Shown piece by piece: positions 1 to 12,725 of a DNA stretch of 26,580 nt; within the stretch, counting starts at the first letter, position 1, and the number at the start of each line of letters is the position of its first letter. The translations under genes were made by a program, and so were the position numbers. Below the pieces are notes generated by a model. It had not been told where the DNA came from, made no database searches, and saw nothing but the letters and a program-made list of their open reading frames with translations. Origin of the DNA: Geosiphon pyriformis uo1 (Eukaryota > Fungi > Glomeromycota); NCBI GenBank assembly GCA_016748015.1, contig JAAOMT010000635.1:4696-31275 (forward strand), in the 5' to 3' direction.

Positions 1-840
1 GCACAATACAATCTTGCACTTTGTTATGCTAATGGAGAAGGGACGACAAAAAATTCAGAAAAAGCAATTGAACTTTATTCAAAAGCTGCAGAGGTGGGAC
101 ATTTAAATGCACAATACAATCTTGCACTTTGTTATGTTAATGGAAGTAAAACGACAAAAGATTCAGAAAAAGCAATTGAAGTTTATTCAAAAGCTACAGA
201 GGTGAAACATTTAAATGCACAATACAATCTTGCACTTAGTTACACTAATGGAAGTGGAATGACAAAAGATTCAGAAAAAGCATTTGAACTTTATTCAAAA
301 GCAGCAGAGACGGGACATTTAGATGCACAATACAATCTTGCACTTTGTTATGCTAATGGAAGTGGAACGACAAAAGATTCAGAAAAAGCATTTGAATTTT
401 ATTCAAAAACTGCAGAGGTGGAAGATTTAGATGCGCAAAATAATCTTGCATATTGTTATTTAAATGGAAGAAGAATGACAAAAGATTCAGAAAAAGCATT
501 TGAACTTTATTCAAAAGCTGCAGAGGCAGGAAATTTACTTGGACAAATTGCTCTTAGAGCATATCATCAAAATTGATTAGAAATAACAGAAGATCTGGAA
601 AAAGTGGGAAATTTGAGTCCACAAACCTGTATTGGAACGTATCATCGAAAAGGATGAGAAATAGTGAAAAATTTAGAAGAAACATTTCAATTCTATTTAA
701 AAACAGCAGAGGCGGGAAATCAAAATACACAATATAATCTTGGATGGTGTTATCAAAATGGATGGGGAACTACAAAAAACATCCAAAAAGCATTTGAAGT
801 CTATTTAAAAGCAGCAGAAGCAAATAACTTGTGTTATCAA
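1..840 (+). repeat. Sel1-like repeat array, 108-bp (36-aa) unit
   Basis: GCACAATACAATCTTGCA or variants recur at 1, 109, 217, 325, 433 and 541, with further degenerate units to ~840. The consensus is AQYNLALCYANGxGTTKDSEKAFELYSKAAExG. Confidence 0.95.
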
Positions 841-1479
841 AATAATTATCTTGATTTGAATGTCCATAATTTTTCTTTACAGGACCAAAACAATCTGGAA
901 TATTTCATTTTATGATTCCAAAATTGAGGCTTTAAATACCGCAATGATTTGAAAGGAGAATTTTTAAATTTTGAAGCCTTTTTTGACCAGCTTTCAGATG
1001 AATTCAAGTGTTTTAAATGTGGCAACTTGGGTATAATCATTAATGAATCTCCTATATGTCCATTTTGTGATACTAATAAAAGGGATGATACTATTAAAAT
1101 CAGATTGCTGAAATGTCTAGAATGTTATAAAACATCAAAAGATTTGTTTTGGTGTAAATCTTGTGAATATTCACGATTTTACAAAATTTTGGCAACATGG
1201 GATAGTGGAAATGAAAATATTAATCAGTATATTACATATACACAATGTTCTTCTGAAAACTATAGAGGCTGCCTAGAATAGATTTCTCCCAACAAGATTG
1301 AATTTTTAGATAAGGTGGGAGAAGAAAGATTTGGTATTGTTAAAAAAGATAATTGAGAGATAGGCAAAATTCTATTTTGGGAAAAGAAAAGTCAAAAGTA
1401 TGAACAAACTGGGGTTACAAAAGTTGCTTTAAAGTATTTCAAAGATAGCCAGAATATAAAATATATTAATGCAGATGAG

Positions 1480-1547
1480 GTATTTTATTTTAAGAATCTA
1501 TGTGATTTTTATTACTCTTTTCTAACACTAAAACTATATTTGTGTAG
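1480..1547 (+). other. Spliceosomal intron in kinase (after subdomain III Glu)
   Basis: GTATTT donor at 1480, CTAAC branch site at 1522-1526 and TAG acceptor ending at 1547. Removing it joins ...NADE to FISHYQ... in the frame carrying the rest of the kinase. Confidence 0.85.
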
Positions 1548-3928
1548 TTTATTTCACATTATCAAAGTGCCACTTGCAAATACATCCTTGAATGCTATGG
1601 GATCACAAAAGACATTACAACCGATGAATATGTTATGGTTTTACTATTTGTGGAACACGGGGATCTCAGAGCTTTTCTCAAGTTGAACAAAGATATTCTT
1701 ATTTGGGACATGTTTTTTCGTATTCTTTTTCAAATTGCTGGTGGCCTATAATTTATCCATGAATTAAAACTGGTGCATGAGGACTTACATCCTAGAAATA
1801 TCCTTGTTTTGAAAACAAACCCCTTAAAAGTTATCATTTCTGATCTTGGACTCTGTTATCCTGCAGATTACATTCCACAATCTGGGAAAATTAATGGTGT
1901 TCTTAAGTATCTTGCGCCTGAAATTTGCAAGGGAAGTTATCATACTAAGTATAGCAATATATACAGCTTTGCTATGATTTCATGTGAAATTATATTGGGA
2001 GAAAGACCTTTGAATAATACACATCCTATTCATGTATGCTTTGACGTGATTGATGGAAAACGCCCTATAATCAAACAATATACACCTCAATGTATTCGGG
2101 AAATGATTGAAAAAAATTGGCAATATGATCCGTATTGTCGTAATACTGCAGAACAATTCCAACAAAGTGTTATTGCTGCTCATGATCATTGTAATTTAAA
2201 TGAACTTGTCTATGAGAAAAGATTTTATTCTGAAGAGATAAAAGATGCTCAACATGATAAAACAAGATATAAAAGTCAACATATCTTAAACTTTACATGT
2301 TCAATGAGTGGTGAGACCTTCATTATTATATTTAATGTTTAAGAATTTTTCTGATTTAAGTGTCTTTTTTCCAAATCTGAATTCTTCTACTAGCATTAGT
2401 CATATGAATAAAGACACACTTAACCAAATCAGTAAGCACTTTCAATTTATTTTAAAAATGATATTAATTGTTTTTTATCAATATTTAACTATAAAATGGT
2501 TTAAAATATATGAATAATTTGAACAAAAAATTGGTTGTTTATAAAAATTATTATATATAGTTTTATTAGTAAAGGCAATTTAAAACGCATTTATTTAATT
2601 CAAGATTTTGTGGATTGAGAAAACTGGTGTACAAGGCATCGGATATTTTAGGCAAAAAATTTTGGAGCTTAGACTTTGTTTTGCTAGATAGTGTAATCTA
2701 TATTGGCTTGGATAACTGGTCACATGTAGAAAGTGCATGAGCTGCGTTTATTGTAGAACATGTATAAGTTTTGTGTATACATAGGATAGTGGTTGAACTT
2801 GCACACAAAAAATATTAAGAAATTACATATTTTGTTTACTATATAAGTTATACTTGATATGAAATTACCTAAAATTTCAGAATTTCGTAATTTTTTTATA
2901 CTGTATAATAAAAAATTCAAAAATTTAAGTTTAAATTTATTAGCTTTACTTATATGAATTTTCTATTTTGGGTTTAAATAATAATCTGTTTTTTTAATAT
3001 AATAATTTCAATTTTTTCTTTGTGCTTAAAAATGTTAAAATTTTTTTTAGAAAAAAGGTTGTTAATATTTTTTTATTATATTTCTTTAATTGGAATTTGA
3101 AATAATACATTATATTTGTTTTAAAAAGTTTTCTTATTTGAATAATTTAATTAATTTGTGCAATATTTTTATAATTAATTTTCATTTTTGATTTTCAAAA
3201 AACAAAATAACAACTTACTAGTAATACATAATTATTTTAGTTAATCTTTTATTAAAAAAACTTGAAAATAAAAATAAAAATAAAATAAAAAATTACTTGA
3301 ATAAAAAGACAAATATTATTCTTATTTTAAAATTACCAAAAGTAAATAATACTAAATAATACAATTATTTAGTTTTTATTTGTCAATATTATTATAAACA
3401 ATTTCTATTTTTATTGATCAATTATTTTAGGAACAATGCGCAAGTCTGTTTTTGAATTTATAATTAGAATGAAAAAACATAAATTGATATATAAAAAAAA
3501 TACAAGGAATTAAATTATTTGACTTAAACTTTTTATATTTAAATAATTTATGAATTTAGTATTGTTTTGCTGATACTTTTATTATTATTATTAAACTATT
3601 TTTTAAATTATATTGTTTTGTAAAAAAAAAATTTATTATTTCAAGCAAATTAACCAATTTTAGCCTATTAAATATGGTTAGAAAATAAGTATATTTTTAT
3701 TTAAGTGTTAATTAGTCCATCAAAAAGATATCTTGACGAAAGCTTGAAAGGCTGCACCCAAGTTAAAAAGTTTTTTTAAATTTGAAAAATAATTACAGTC
3801 AAAATCAATTTTGAAAAATTATTTTCTATCTTAATGTTCAAAAAAATCATTCTATTTATTACTTTGTAGTTATTTTAACAAGAAATTTATGAATCTGCAG
3901 AAAATTAAAAAAACGTCTTTTACCAATA

Positions 3929-4267
3929 NNNNNNNNNNNNNNNNNNNNNNNNNNNNNNNNNNNNNNNNNNNNNNNNNNNNNNNNNNNNNNNNNNNNNNNN
4001 NNNNNNNNNNNNNNNNNNNNNNNNNNNNNNNNNNNNNNNNNNNNNNNNNNNNNNNNNNNNNNNNNNNNNNNNNNNNNNNNNNNNNNNNNNNNNNNNNNNN
4101 NNNNNNNNNNNNNNNNNNNNNNNNNNNNNNNNNNNNNNNNNNNNNNNNNNNNNNNNNNNNNNNNNNNNNNNNNNNNNNNNNNNNNNNNNNNNNNNNNNNN
4201 NNNNNNNNNNNNNNNNNNNNNNNNNNNNNNNNNNNNNNNNNNNNNNNNNNNNNNNNNNNNNNNNNNN
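3929..4267. other. Assembly gap (N run)
   Basis: 339 consecutive N. Confidence 1.
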
Positions 4268-5879
4268 TAAAATTTATATGTAAAAACTTGAAATATTCTC
4301 ATAAAATCAGTTTAACTCAAATTTTGAATAGTTTGTAAAATTTTTAACCTAATTTTTTTAATTATTTTTTAACAATTGCAAATTAAAAGTTTCTAAAACT
4401 GTAAACAAATAAAGTTTCAACTAAAATAAAAATAAAAAAGGTCAAAAATAAAAGTAAATATAAATAAATATTAAAAAATAAAGTAAAAAATTATATTAAT
4501 ATATATTATAAGTCATATTATAAATAGAAAAGATATATGATTATCTAATTTAAAAATAACATAATTGTATAATTAAGAAATAAAAATAAATGAACTGTAA
4601 AATAAAATATTAATAAAATAATTAAAAAAATTTTAAATAAAAAAAATTACTTTAAAATAATATATATTTTCAATTTATGATTAAGATATTTTTCCCAAAC
4701 GTATAGATTTAAAAAAAGATTTATAAATATAATAGAGTTTTTTTTGATTTTAGATTCTTTTTATTTAAAATTATAACTTTTTTTTGTTATATTAAAATTA
4801 AATTTAAAAAATTTATATTTTTTTTGGTGTTTTATTTTTTTCAAACTATTTTAACAACAATCATATGTTATTTTTAATTTAAAAATTTTTTAACTCTAAA
4901 ATTCAATATTTTATTATATATTTTATCAATATAATAATTATGTAAATAAATACCTTAAACATTTTTTCAATTATAAAATTAAATTATAAAAACAAATAAA
5001 TATGAAATTTTTCTTGGTTTTTATTATTTAATATTTAATTATTCAATAGTTATTTCAACTTAAAGTTTCAAAATCTTTTATATAAAGACAAGAACTCACA
5101 GAAAAAATAACAGAATTTATTAATTTCAACAAAAATTATACATAATACTGTAATAATCTTAAACAAGAATGATTTGATGTAAAACTTCAAAGTCTCAAGG
5201 CTTAAAAATCATAAATTTTGAATTAGCCTTTAATTTTAACTGAATCACATTTTATGGATTTATTTCTTCATATTTCAGTACTTAGATATTAATACACTTG
5301 GTGAAAATTACATTATTGGTTTCAATATACTCAATTTTTTTAAGTAAATTTTACTGATTTTTTTATTAAAACTTAAATTTCTCTACTCAATAAAGTAATG
5401 CTAAATGCATCAAATTTTATAATGAATTTAAAGTATTTATACTTCAAAAATATATAACTTCAAGACAAAGATATACAGGAATTAATTTTTGTAATTAAAA
5501 TTTTATCTAACATATTCAAATATTAATCAATATGTACAAAATTTTAAGCAAAATATTTGCCAAGTGAAAGACAAAGATGATAATTTTGAAAATTTTAATT
5601 TAATGTAAATATTAAGGTAATATCAAGGTTTGGCATTTTTTTTAAAACAAAATCATGAGAATAACTAATTAATTAAATTGGTTTATTGACTTGCTATAAA
5701 CTTTATGCAAAGGAAATATTATTAAATTTGTTATTACTAAACTGGCTAAATCTAATGAAAACCATCTGTAATGTTAGGATTAGATTATATATTTAGAAAA
5801 TTTATCATATTTAGCCTTTTTACATCTTTTACATTTTTATCCATTTAAGCAATATAAATAAAAAAATAAAATAGGTGTC

Positions 5880-8140
5880 TATTTTCAGTGTTTCAGATTT
5901 CTTTAAGGTTTAGTCTTTTCGAAAATGTGATTATAGGTTAAAAAAAACTATTTGCAATCTTGAGAACTAGATTGTAGAATTAAGAAATTTATCAATAAGC
6001 TATTAATAATAACAAACATTGTCAGTTTTTATTACATCTTTGGGTTCCAAAAAATCTTTACCCATTTAAACAATGTACAAAAAAAACATTTATTTTCAGA
6101 ATTTTCTAGTGTTTCAGATTTTTTTAAGACCAAAGCTTTTCAGAAACTTGATTATAAATTAAAATTCTTATTTATTAGCAAAATTAAATACTTCTTTACT
6201 TATCCAAAATATTGGAGGTTTAATAATTCATTTGTGTTGCTACAAAAAATCATGTCTTCAATTTTATTAATTGAAAACACAATTTCATTTTTCACATGGC
6301 TTGAAAAAGCATTAATTGCCATCAAAAAAAATTTGGCCATTTTTTCAGCTAGTGAATATTCAAAAGTTGCTGACTTGGTAAAAAAATATGTTAAATGCAA
6401 TCAAAAAAAACCTAAAAACTTCTTTAATTGCTTAAATAATAAAAGTTTAAAACATTTAATAGACTATATTTTGTTCAGTTTTTTTTTAGAACATGAAATT
6501 AAAACTATTCTTAATTTAAAAAGAACATTTTTAGAATTTTGAAAAGCAGCAAATGCAAACAACTCTTTTGGACAATTTTTTTTAGAATGTTGCTATAATA
6601 ATAGAATCAGCACTAAACAAGATTGAGAAAAAGCATTTGAACTTTATTTAAAAGCAGCAGAGGCAGGAAATTTAGATGCTAAATATAGCCTTGCAGTTTG
6701 TTATAATAATAGAGAAGAAACAACAAAAGATTTAGAAAAAGCATTCAAACTTTATTCAAAAGCAGCAGAGGTGAGACATATAATAACACAACTCAATCTT
6801 GTATTTTGTTATTTATATGGAAGGAAGACAAAAAATTTTGAAAAAGCATTTTAACTTTGTTCAAAAACAACAAAGATGAGACATACAATAGTACAATTTA
6901 ATCTTGTACTTTTTTATGCTAATAAAAAAGAAACAATGAAAAATTCAGAAAAAGCATTTTAACTTTATTTAAAAACAACAGAGGCAGAACATATATTGGC
7001 ACAATACAATCTTGCAGTTTTTTATGATAATGAAGAAGAAACAACAAATAATTCTGAAAAAACATTTCAATTTTATTTAAAAGCAGCAGAGATGAGATAT
7101 ACAACAGTATAATACAATCTTGCAAATTGTTATTTAAATAGAAAAAGAACAACAAAAAATTTAGAAAAAGCATTTGAACAGTTTTCAAAAGCAGCAGAGG
7201 CAGAACATACAAAAACACAATTAAATCTTGCAGCTTGTTATAATAATAGAGAAAAAATAAAGAAAAATTCAGAAAAGCATTTCAACTTTATTCAAAAACA
7301 GCAGAGGCGAGAAACATAACAACACAATACAATCTTGCACTTTGTTATCAAAATAGATGGGAAATAAGAAAAATTTTAGAAAAAGCATTTAAACTTTATT
7401 CCAAAGCAGCAAAGATGAGAGATTTAAAACTACAATTAAATCTTGTAGCTTGTTATGCTAATGGAGAAAAAACAACTAAAAATTAAGAAAAAGTATTTGA
7501 ACTTTATTTCAAAGCAGCAAAGATAGAAAATTTAAATGCACAATTCAATTTTGCTCTTTGTTATGTTAATGAAATAAAAATAACAAAAAATTTAACAAAT
7601 GTCTTTGAACTTTTTTCAAAAACAGCAAAGATAAGATATACAATAACACAATACAATCTTGCAGTTTGTTATATTAGTAGAAAAAATACAACACAAAATT
7701 CAGAAAAAGCATTCAAACTTTATTTAAAAGCAGCAAAAACAGAACATATACTGACATAATATGATTTTGTACTTTGTTATTTAAATAGAGAAAAAACAAC
7801 AAAAAATTTCAGAAAAAGCATTTAAACTTTTTTCAAAAGCAGCAGAAACAGAACATAAAATGACACAATTCAATCTTACAGCTTTTTATGCTAATACAGA
7901 AAAAATGATAAAAAATATAGAAAAAGCATTTAAATTTTTTTCAAAAGCAACAAAGACAGGAGATTTAAATGCATAATACTATCTTGCAAATTGTTATGTT
8001 AATAGAAAAAAAACAACGAAAAATTTAGAAAAAGCATTTGAATTTTATTCAAAAGCAGCAGAGGCAAAATATATACTAACATAATACAATCTTGCACTTT
8101 GTTATTTATATAGAAAAAAAACAACAAAAAATGAGAAAAA
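5880..8140 (+). pseudogene. Heavily degenerate gene: unknown N-terminal region + helical linker + long Sel1 array
   Basis: ORF 6234-6542 (FSASEYSKVADLVKKYV...FLEHEIKT) continues past a stop into KAANANNSFGQFFL and Sel1 units. The linker is homologous to the minus-strand linker at ~25390-25610. There are many stops and frameshifts, and the 5' boundary is uncertain. Confidence 0.75.
6571..8140 (+). repeat. Degenerate Sel1-like repeat array, about 15 x 108 bp
   Basis: AATCTTGCA...TGTTAT...GAAAAAGCATTTxAACTTTATTCAAAAGCAGCAGAG recurs with ~108-bp period. It is the same family as 1-840 but more A/T-shifted. Confidence 0.92.
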
Positions 8141-10647
8141 ACCATTCAAAATAAATAAAAAACTGCAAAAAATCTAAATTGAATACATAAATACACAAAT
8201 TTCAAATCAGATCAGATAAAAAAAAAAATTAATAATAAGCAAAAGAAAATTGAACTTAAAACATTTGATTTTAAGTAAAGTAGTTTATTATAGAATAAAA
8301 ATTAATTCAATTGGTTTATACAATTGATATAAGAAGTAATTTTATAATGTGTTTTTAGTAGAATATGATATAAAAATTGAAACAAAAAATAATACTTGAT
8401 GCTATTTTCTTTATTTTCAGCTTGCTATCTGTTATTTTATTTGGTCAACTACAAAAAAATAATAAATTGTTACAATAAAAATCTCAGTGTTTACCACATT
8501 AAAAATAGAGAATTGTAATACTAGTTAAGTAGTTTAAAACATTTTGGATTTATTTAAAAATTAAATTTGAAAATTATTCATATTGTCATTCATTTTTACA
8601 ACAAAAAGTTGATCAGTTAATAACTTTCTTTAGACAAGTATTACATTAAATTTTTAAAAAATTTTCTATATAATTTTGTTTCAAATTTTAAGAAATTTAA
8701 TAAAAGTATAGTGCAAACCATTTATAGTTATTAAACAATTTATATAATTTTAAATTGTATCTAGTTTTCTAATTTTAATAATATTAAAAAACTAAACCAT
8801 AAATAAAATAGATTAAGTTCTTTTCTTTCACATTTATAGTTTAATTTTTTGAATTATATTATAATTTATAAAGTTATTAAAGTTTAAAATTAGCCACTTT
8901 TATTATTAATTTTTAATTTTTAGATATTGATCAATTAAGTTTTAGTCAATCAGCAATTATTTAAGTTACATTATTATGTAATAAATTATCAAAGTATTAT
9001 TATTTTCAAAAAGGCTTTTAATTAATATTAATCTAATTTTTAGATGGTTATTTTTTTATAAAAATATAATATCTTTCAGTCTACATGTCTTCTGCTAATA
9101 ACATAACACCATTAACTATGAATATTCTATTCACACCACTATTATATTTGGTTGTCATTATTGAAACAAAAACTCAGATATCAATATTGTTTACATCAGA
9201 CATTAAAGAAATTGTAAAAGTACTATAAGTGATTGTTAAAGAATTTAAGAATGTTATTTGTACTTTATTTATAATCTTGTATTATTATAATATGAATACT
9301 TACTTTGAATTCACAAATAACTTTTTAATAACTATAATATTATATTTCAAAAAATTGCTTAAATCTAAGAGATATACAAAATTCTCTGTAATAAAAATTT
9401 CTGGTTAAATTTAATATTTGAATAATAAATTATACTAAAAAAAAATATAATAACTAAAATACCTATTGTGTATTTGACCAAATAATAATCTAGTTTTAGA
9501 ATTGGTTTTCTAGGCTGTAAAAAGAATTTTAATTATTAAATATTTCAACAACTTATTAGAATATAATATATAATAACTTATTACAATAATTAAGAAACTT
9601 ATATCAGTTAGTGTTAATTTAGGAAAATTAGATTAGAATTGAAAGATTTTTGTCTTTATCTTAATTAAAAAAACTGAAATTGTCTTAAAGCCTATAATTT
9701 TGAAAAAATTTTTTTTGTTAATATTATATATTTTCTAATAAGTTTATTTTGATACAAAAAATATATGAAACATATTAGTTCAAGTAGATAAAACTCAGAT
9801 TTTTTTGTAAAAGCCTAATAAACTTCTCACTAGTAAGAATTTGATATCTTTAAAAATATGTGAATTATTATTAAAATACATGGCATTTTCGAAATCAATT
9901 GTAAGTTCTAATCAAATTTATAAATAAATAATATTCTTTTCGAATTTTTTACTAATGTAATATAAAAAACATATGTCAAGTAACCAATAGGAAAGAAGTA
10001 CATAGTATTAATCTCAATCATATTTAAAAATCTTGGCTTTTTGATTACATTATAATATTCTGAATATTTTTCTTTAAATAATAAATTCATAAATAATTTA
10101 GCATATTGTCGATTACTGAATATAAAAATGAGAGATCACAACTAGACTGTAATACTAAAATTGAAACCTATTTCAAATATTCTTACCTACTATTTTTTTA
10201 ATTAACAATTATTTGCAATAAGTTTTTTATTAGCTTTAAAAGATCAGCTTCAATTTAAAAATTAGGTTTCTTTTAAATTAATTGTTTAATTGTTAATGTT
10301 AAACTTTTTTGTCCAAATTTCTTGTCATAAGTCAAAGAGATTTTTGTGGTAACTATTTTTATTAATGTTATCTGAATTTTCAGCTCAAATAATCTCCCCA
10401 ATTTCAATAAAATTTTTTTTTGATAAATACCAAAGGAGTTTTTTTTGATTGCTTCTTATTTAGAACTACAAAACAGAAATTAAAGTTTAAATTAGAACCA
10501 AAGAGATTTAAAGAATAAATATATACCTGAGTTAAAAATGCTATTTTCATTATGATACAATTTTTTTGTACAATTACACAGTTTAAATTTTTTAATTCTG
10601 TTCAAGCACTAATTACACATTAAATTAATATCACATTACATAAAAAA

Positions 10648-12550
10648 ATGCCACTTTATTTTAAAAAAAAGAGAAACTAAAGATCAAGTTAGAAATGCAA
10701 AAAAATCATATAAAAAAACACATTATACTACTTCAATAAATGATCATAATATTGAAGTAAATGAATTTAACAAACTAAATGTTAGTAATAAAGAGTGAAA
10801 CAATAATAATAACAGTAGATAGAATAATACAGAAGATATGGAAGCCACAATTAAAATAAATACAAAATTAAAAAAACTTAGTTTAATATAGAAAAATGAC
10901 AATTATCTAAAAAAAAAAAAGTAAGACTCTTATATGACAAAAAAGATATTAAAGTCAACCTATTATGATAAATATGAACCAAATAGTTTATTTATTAAAG
11001 CAACAGCTGGAACAAAAAAAATTATTACTTTCTTTAATATTAGTAATACTCAAACTACAGATTTATAATAGTGTATGGAAAGCACAAAAAATTTGATATC
11101 TTGTAAAGTATTGGTTGCTTAATAATAAGCTTTTAATATCAAAATATAAAAAACACCAAAAAACAATTAGAATAATTGATAATAAAGACATTGTAAAAAA
11201 ATGTCATATTTGGATTAGAAACCAAAACTTTAATGCCACTTTAGCCATATTTAAAAAATTCATTGAACATGAATTGTTTTCTAATATTAGAATAAAAAAA
11301 AAAACTAATAGTCTTATAACTACAGTAAAATAACTCAAAATTCTTGGTTATTTATTTTAACAATATTATTAAGGCTTATATTATAATAGACATGAAAAAA
11401 ATGATGTTTTGCAATCTCGAAAAAAAATTTTAAAAAAAATATATGAGCATAAAAAATATATGTTAAAGTATGAAGGTAAATTTATGAATTGAATACATTT
11501 TAACTTACTTAATAAAGAAAAAAAAGAGTTTTTGTAGTCCATAATAAATGCATTTTTTATTCAAATAATAGCAAGCATGACATATAGACTTAGCATAAAA
11601 ATTTATCATTAAGAAAAAAAGAAAATAGAAAATTAATTATGATTAGTAAATTTCTAACTAAAATTGATGAACATTTATGTTTACAACAAAATGATATAAA
11701 AAACTATTCTAATATACTAAAAAGCACAATGCTATTTGCAACCTGATATAAATTAAGATGATTATTAAACAGCAGACTATTTTTTTATATAAATTAAATA
11801 TAAAACAATTCCAATTTTCAAGAAATTATATACAGATTGTACAGTAGTATTTGTTTTTAATAATAGCTCTAATTATGCAGCATTTAATAAAAATGCTTTA
11901 ATTGCAAACAGAATGAATTTAAATCTAGATAGAAAGTAATCATTAATACAAGATACTTCTTTTGGATTAAATAATCAATTATAATTAATGATTTTTCTGA
12001 GAACATATTTAGATAAAAAACTTCAAGAATTGCCTAAAAAAATTAAACAAGTATTAATAGAACAAGGAAAATAGTCATCAAAAAAATTAATATTAGAATG
12101 CCAAAAATACAAAGAAAAAATCAAAGATTCTTCAAGAGTTTCTTATTGTGTATATCAAATAATATCTTTGGAATCTGATTTTCTTACTCGAAAAATACAA
12201 TTAAGGAATTAATCAAAAGTATGAGACATAAGTACATTTTTTTTCCAAAATTTTATTGTGATTTAAATTTTATTAGAAAATATTGGGAAGTTACTAAAAA
12301 ATATACATGTAACAAATACAATTATTCATAGAAAAGATTATAAAAAACAGTGCCTAAAAGTTTTAAATCAGTATCTTTAATAACTATTAGACAATTTTTA
12401 AGAAAATGTTGGTGTTATATGAATCTTTATAGAAAAAATTTTAGTGGAAAATTAGTAGAATATGCTATAAAAAAGTATAAATCTCATAGAAGAATTTCAG
12501 ATAATATTTTTGAAGAATTAGACAAATTAAATAATATTCAAACTTTGTAA
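10648..12550 (+). mobile_element. Degenerate DNA transposon, IS630/Tc1/mariner-like DDE transposase pseudogene
   Basis: ATG at 10648. Fragments read KSTYYDKY, KHQKTIRIIDNKDI..WIR, YYNRHEK (YDGHE), VHNKC (VHDEC, D1, ~11540), FNNSSNYA (FDNSSNHA, D2, 11859) and FPKFYCDLNFI (PKFHCELNFIE, ~12241-12278). The C-terminus IRQFLRKCWCYMNLY...KKYKSHRRI stops at 12550. Element ends are not defined. Confidence 0.82.
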
Positions 12551-12700
12551 TACTGTATTTGGTTTTATATTATATAAAATTTAATAAAATTTTATTTTTT
12601 ATTATAAATAATATATTAAAAACATATATATATTAACCAATAAAATTTAATTATATAAATAATATTAAATTAAATTAAGTTAGATTAAATTAAGTTAATG

Positions 12701-12725
12701 TATATATATATATATATATATATAT
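12701..12725. repeat. (TA)n microsatellite
   Basis: About 12 TA units, 150 bp downstream of the transposase stop. Confidence 0.95.

Larger units (their letters stand above)
1..2342 (+). pseudogene. Sel1-like repeat + Cys-rich + TKL-type protein kinase pseudogene (5' end outside window; intron 1480-1547)
   Basis: Frame +1 from base 1 reads Sel1 repeats, then CxxC motifs and kinase subdomains I-III (KVGEERFG, VALKYF). It is broken only by in-frame stops, e.g. at 574, 655, 913, 1279, mostly at Trp-like positions. After a phase-0 intron, frame +3 continues with YGIT, GDLRAFL, a TAA at 1749, HEDLHPRN (from HGDLHPGN), SDLG and YLAPE, ending at 2342. Confidence 0.88.

Noticed and set aside
1-840. 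Regular repeats as a CRISPR-like array (also 6571-8140)
   Set aside because: The whole 108-bp unit is repeated and codes for Sel1; there are no unique spacers and the context is eukaryotic.
574-1356. TGA read as Trp (genetic code 4, e.g. Mollicutes-related endobacterium or mitochondrion)
   Set aside because: TAG and TAA also interrupt the frames, TGG is used, and spliceosomal introns are present. The stops are better explained by G>A/C>T decay.
2650-2670. Sm-site-like AATTTTGG as an snRNA gene
   Set aside because: No U1/U2/U4/U5 diagnostic sequences were recognised nearby.
3859-4338. Two ORFs spanning the N run
   Set aside because: Artefacts of the assembly gap.
5100-5880. Kinase domain upstream of the second Sel1 array
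   Set aside because: No VALK, HxDL or DFG-like motifs could be recovered in the frames I read.
6919-7218. Hydrophobic minus-strand ORF
   Set aside because: Antisense shadow of the A-rich Sel1 array.
10614-12704. TIR candidates for the DNA transposon (TACACATTAAATTAAT vs reverse complement of 12689-12704; also 10630-10645 vs 12991-13006)
   Set aside because: Short, imperfect, nearly all A/T matches that are expected by chance here, with two incompatible candidates.
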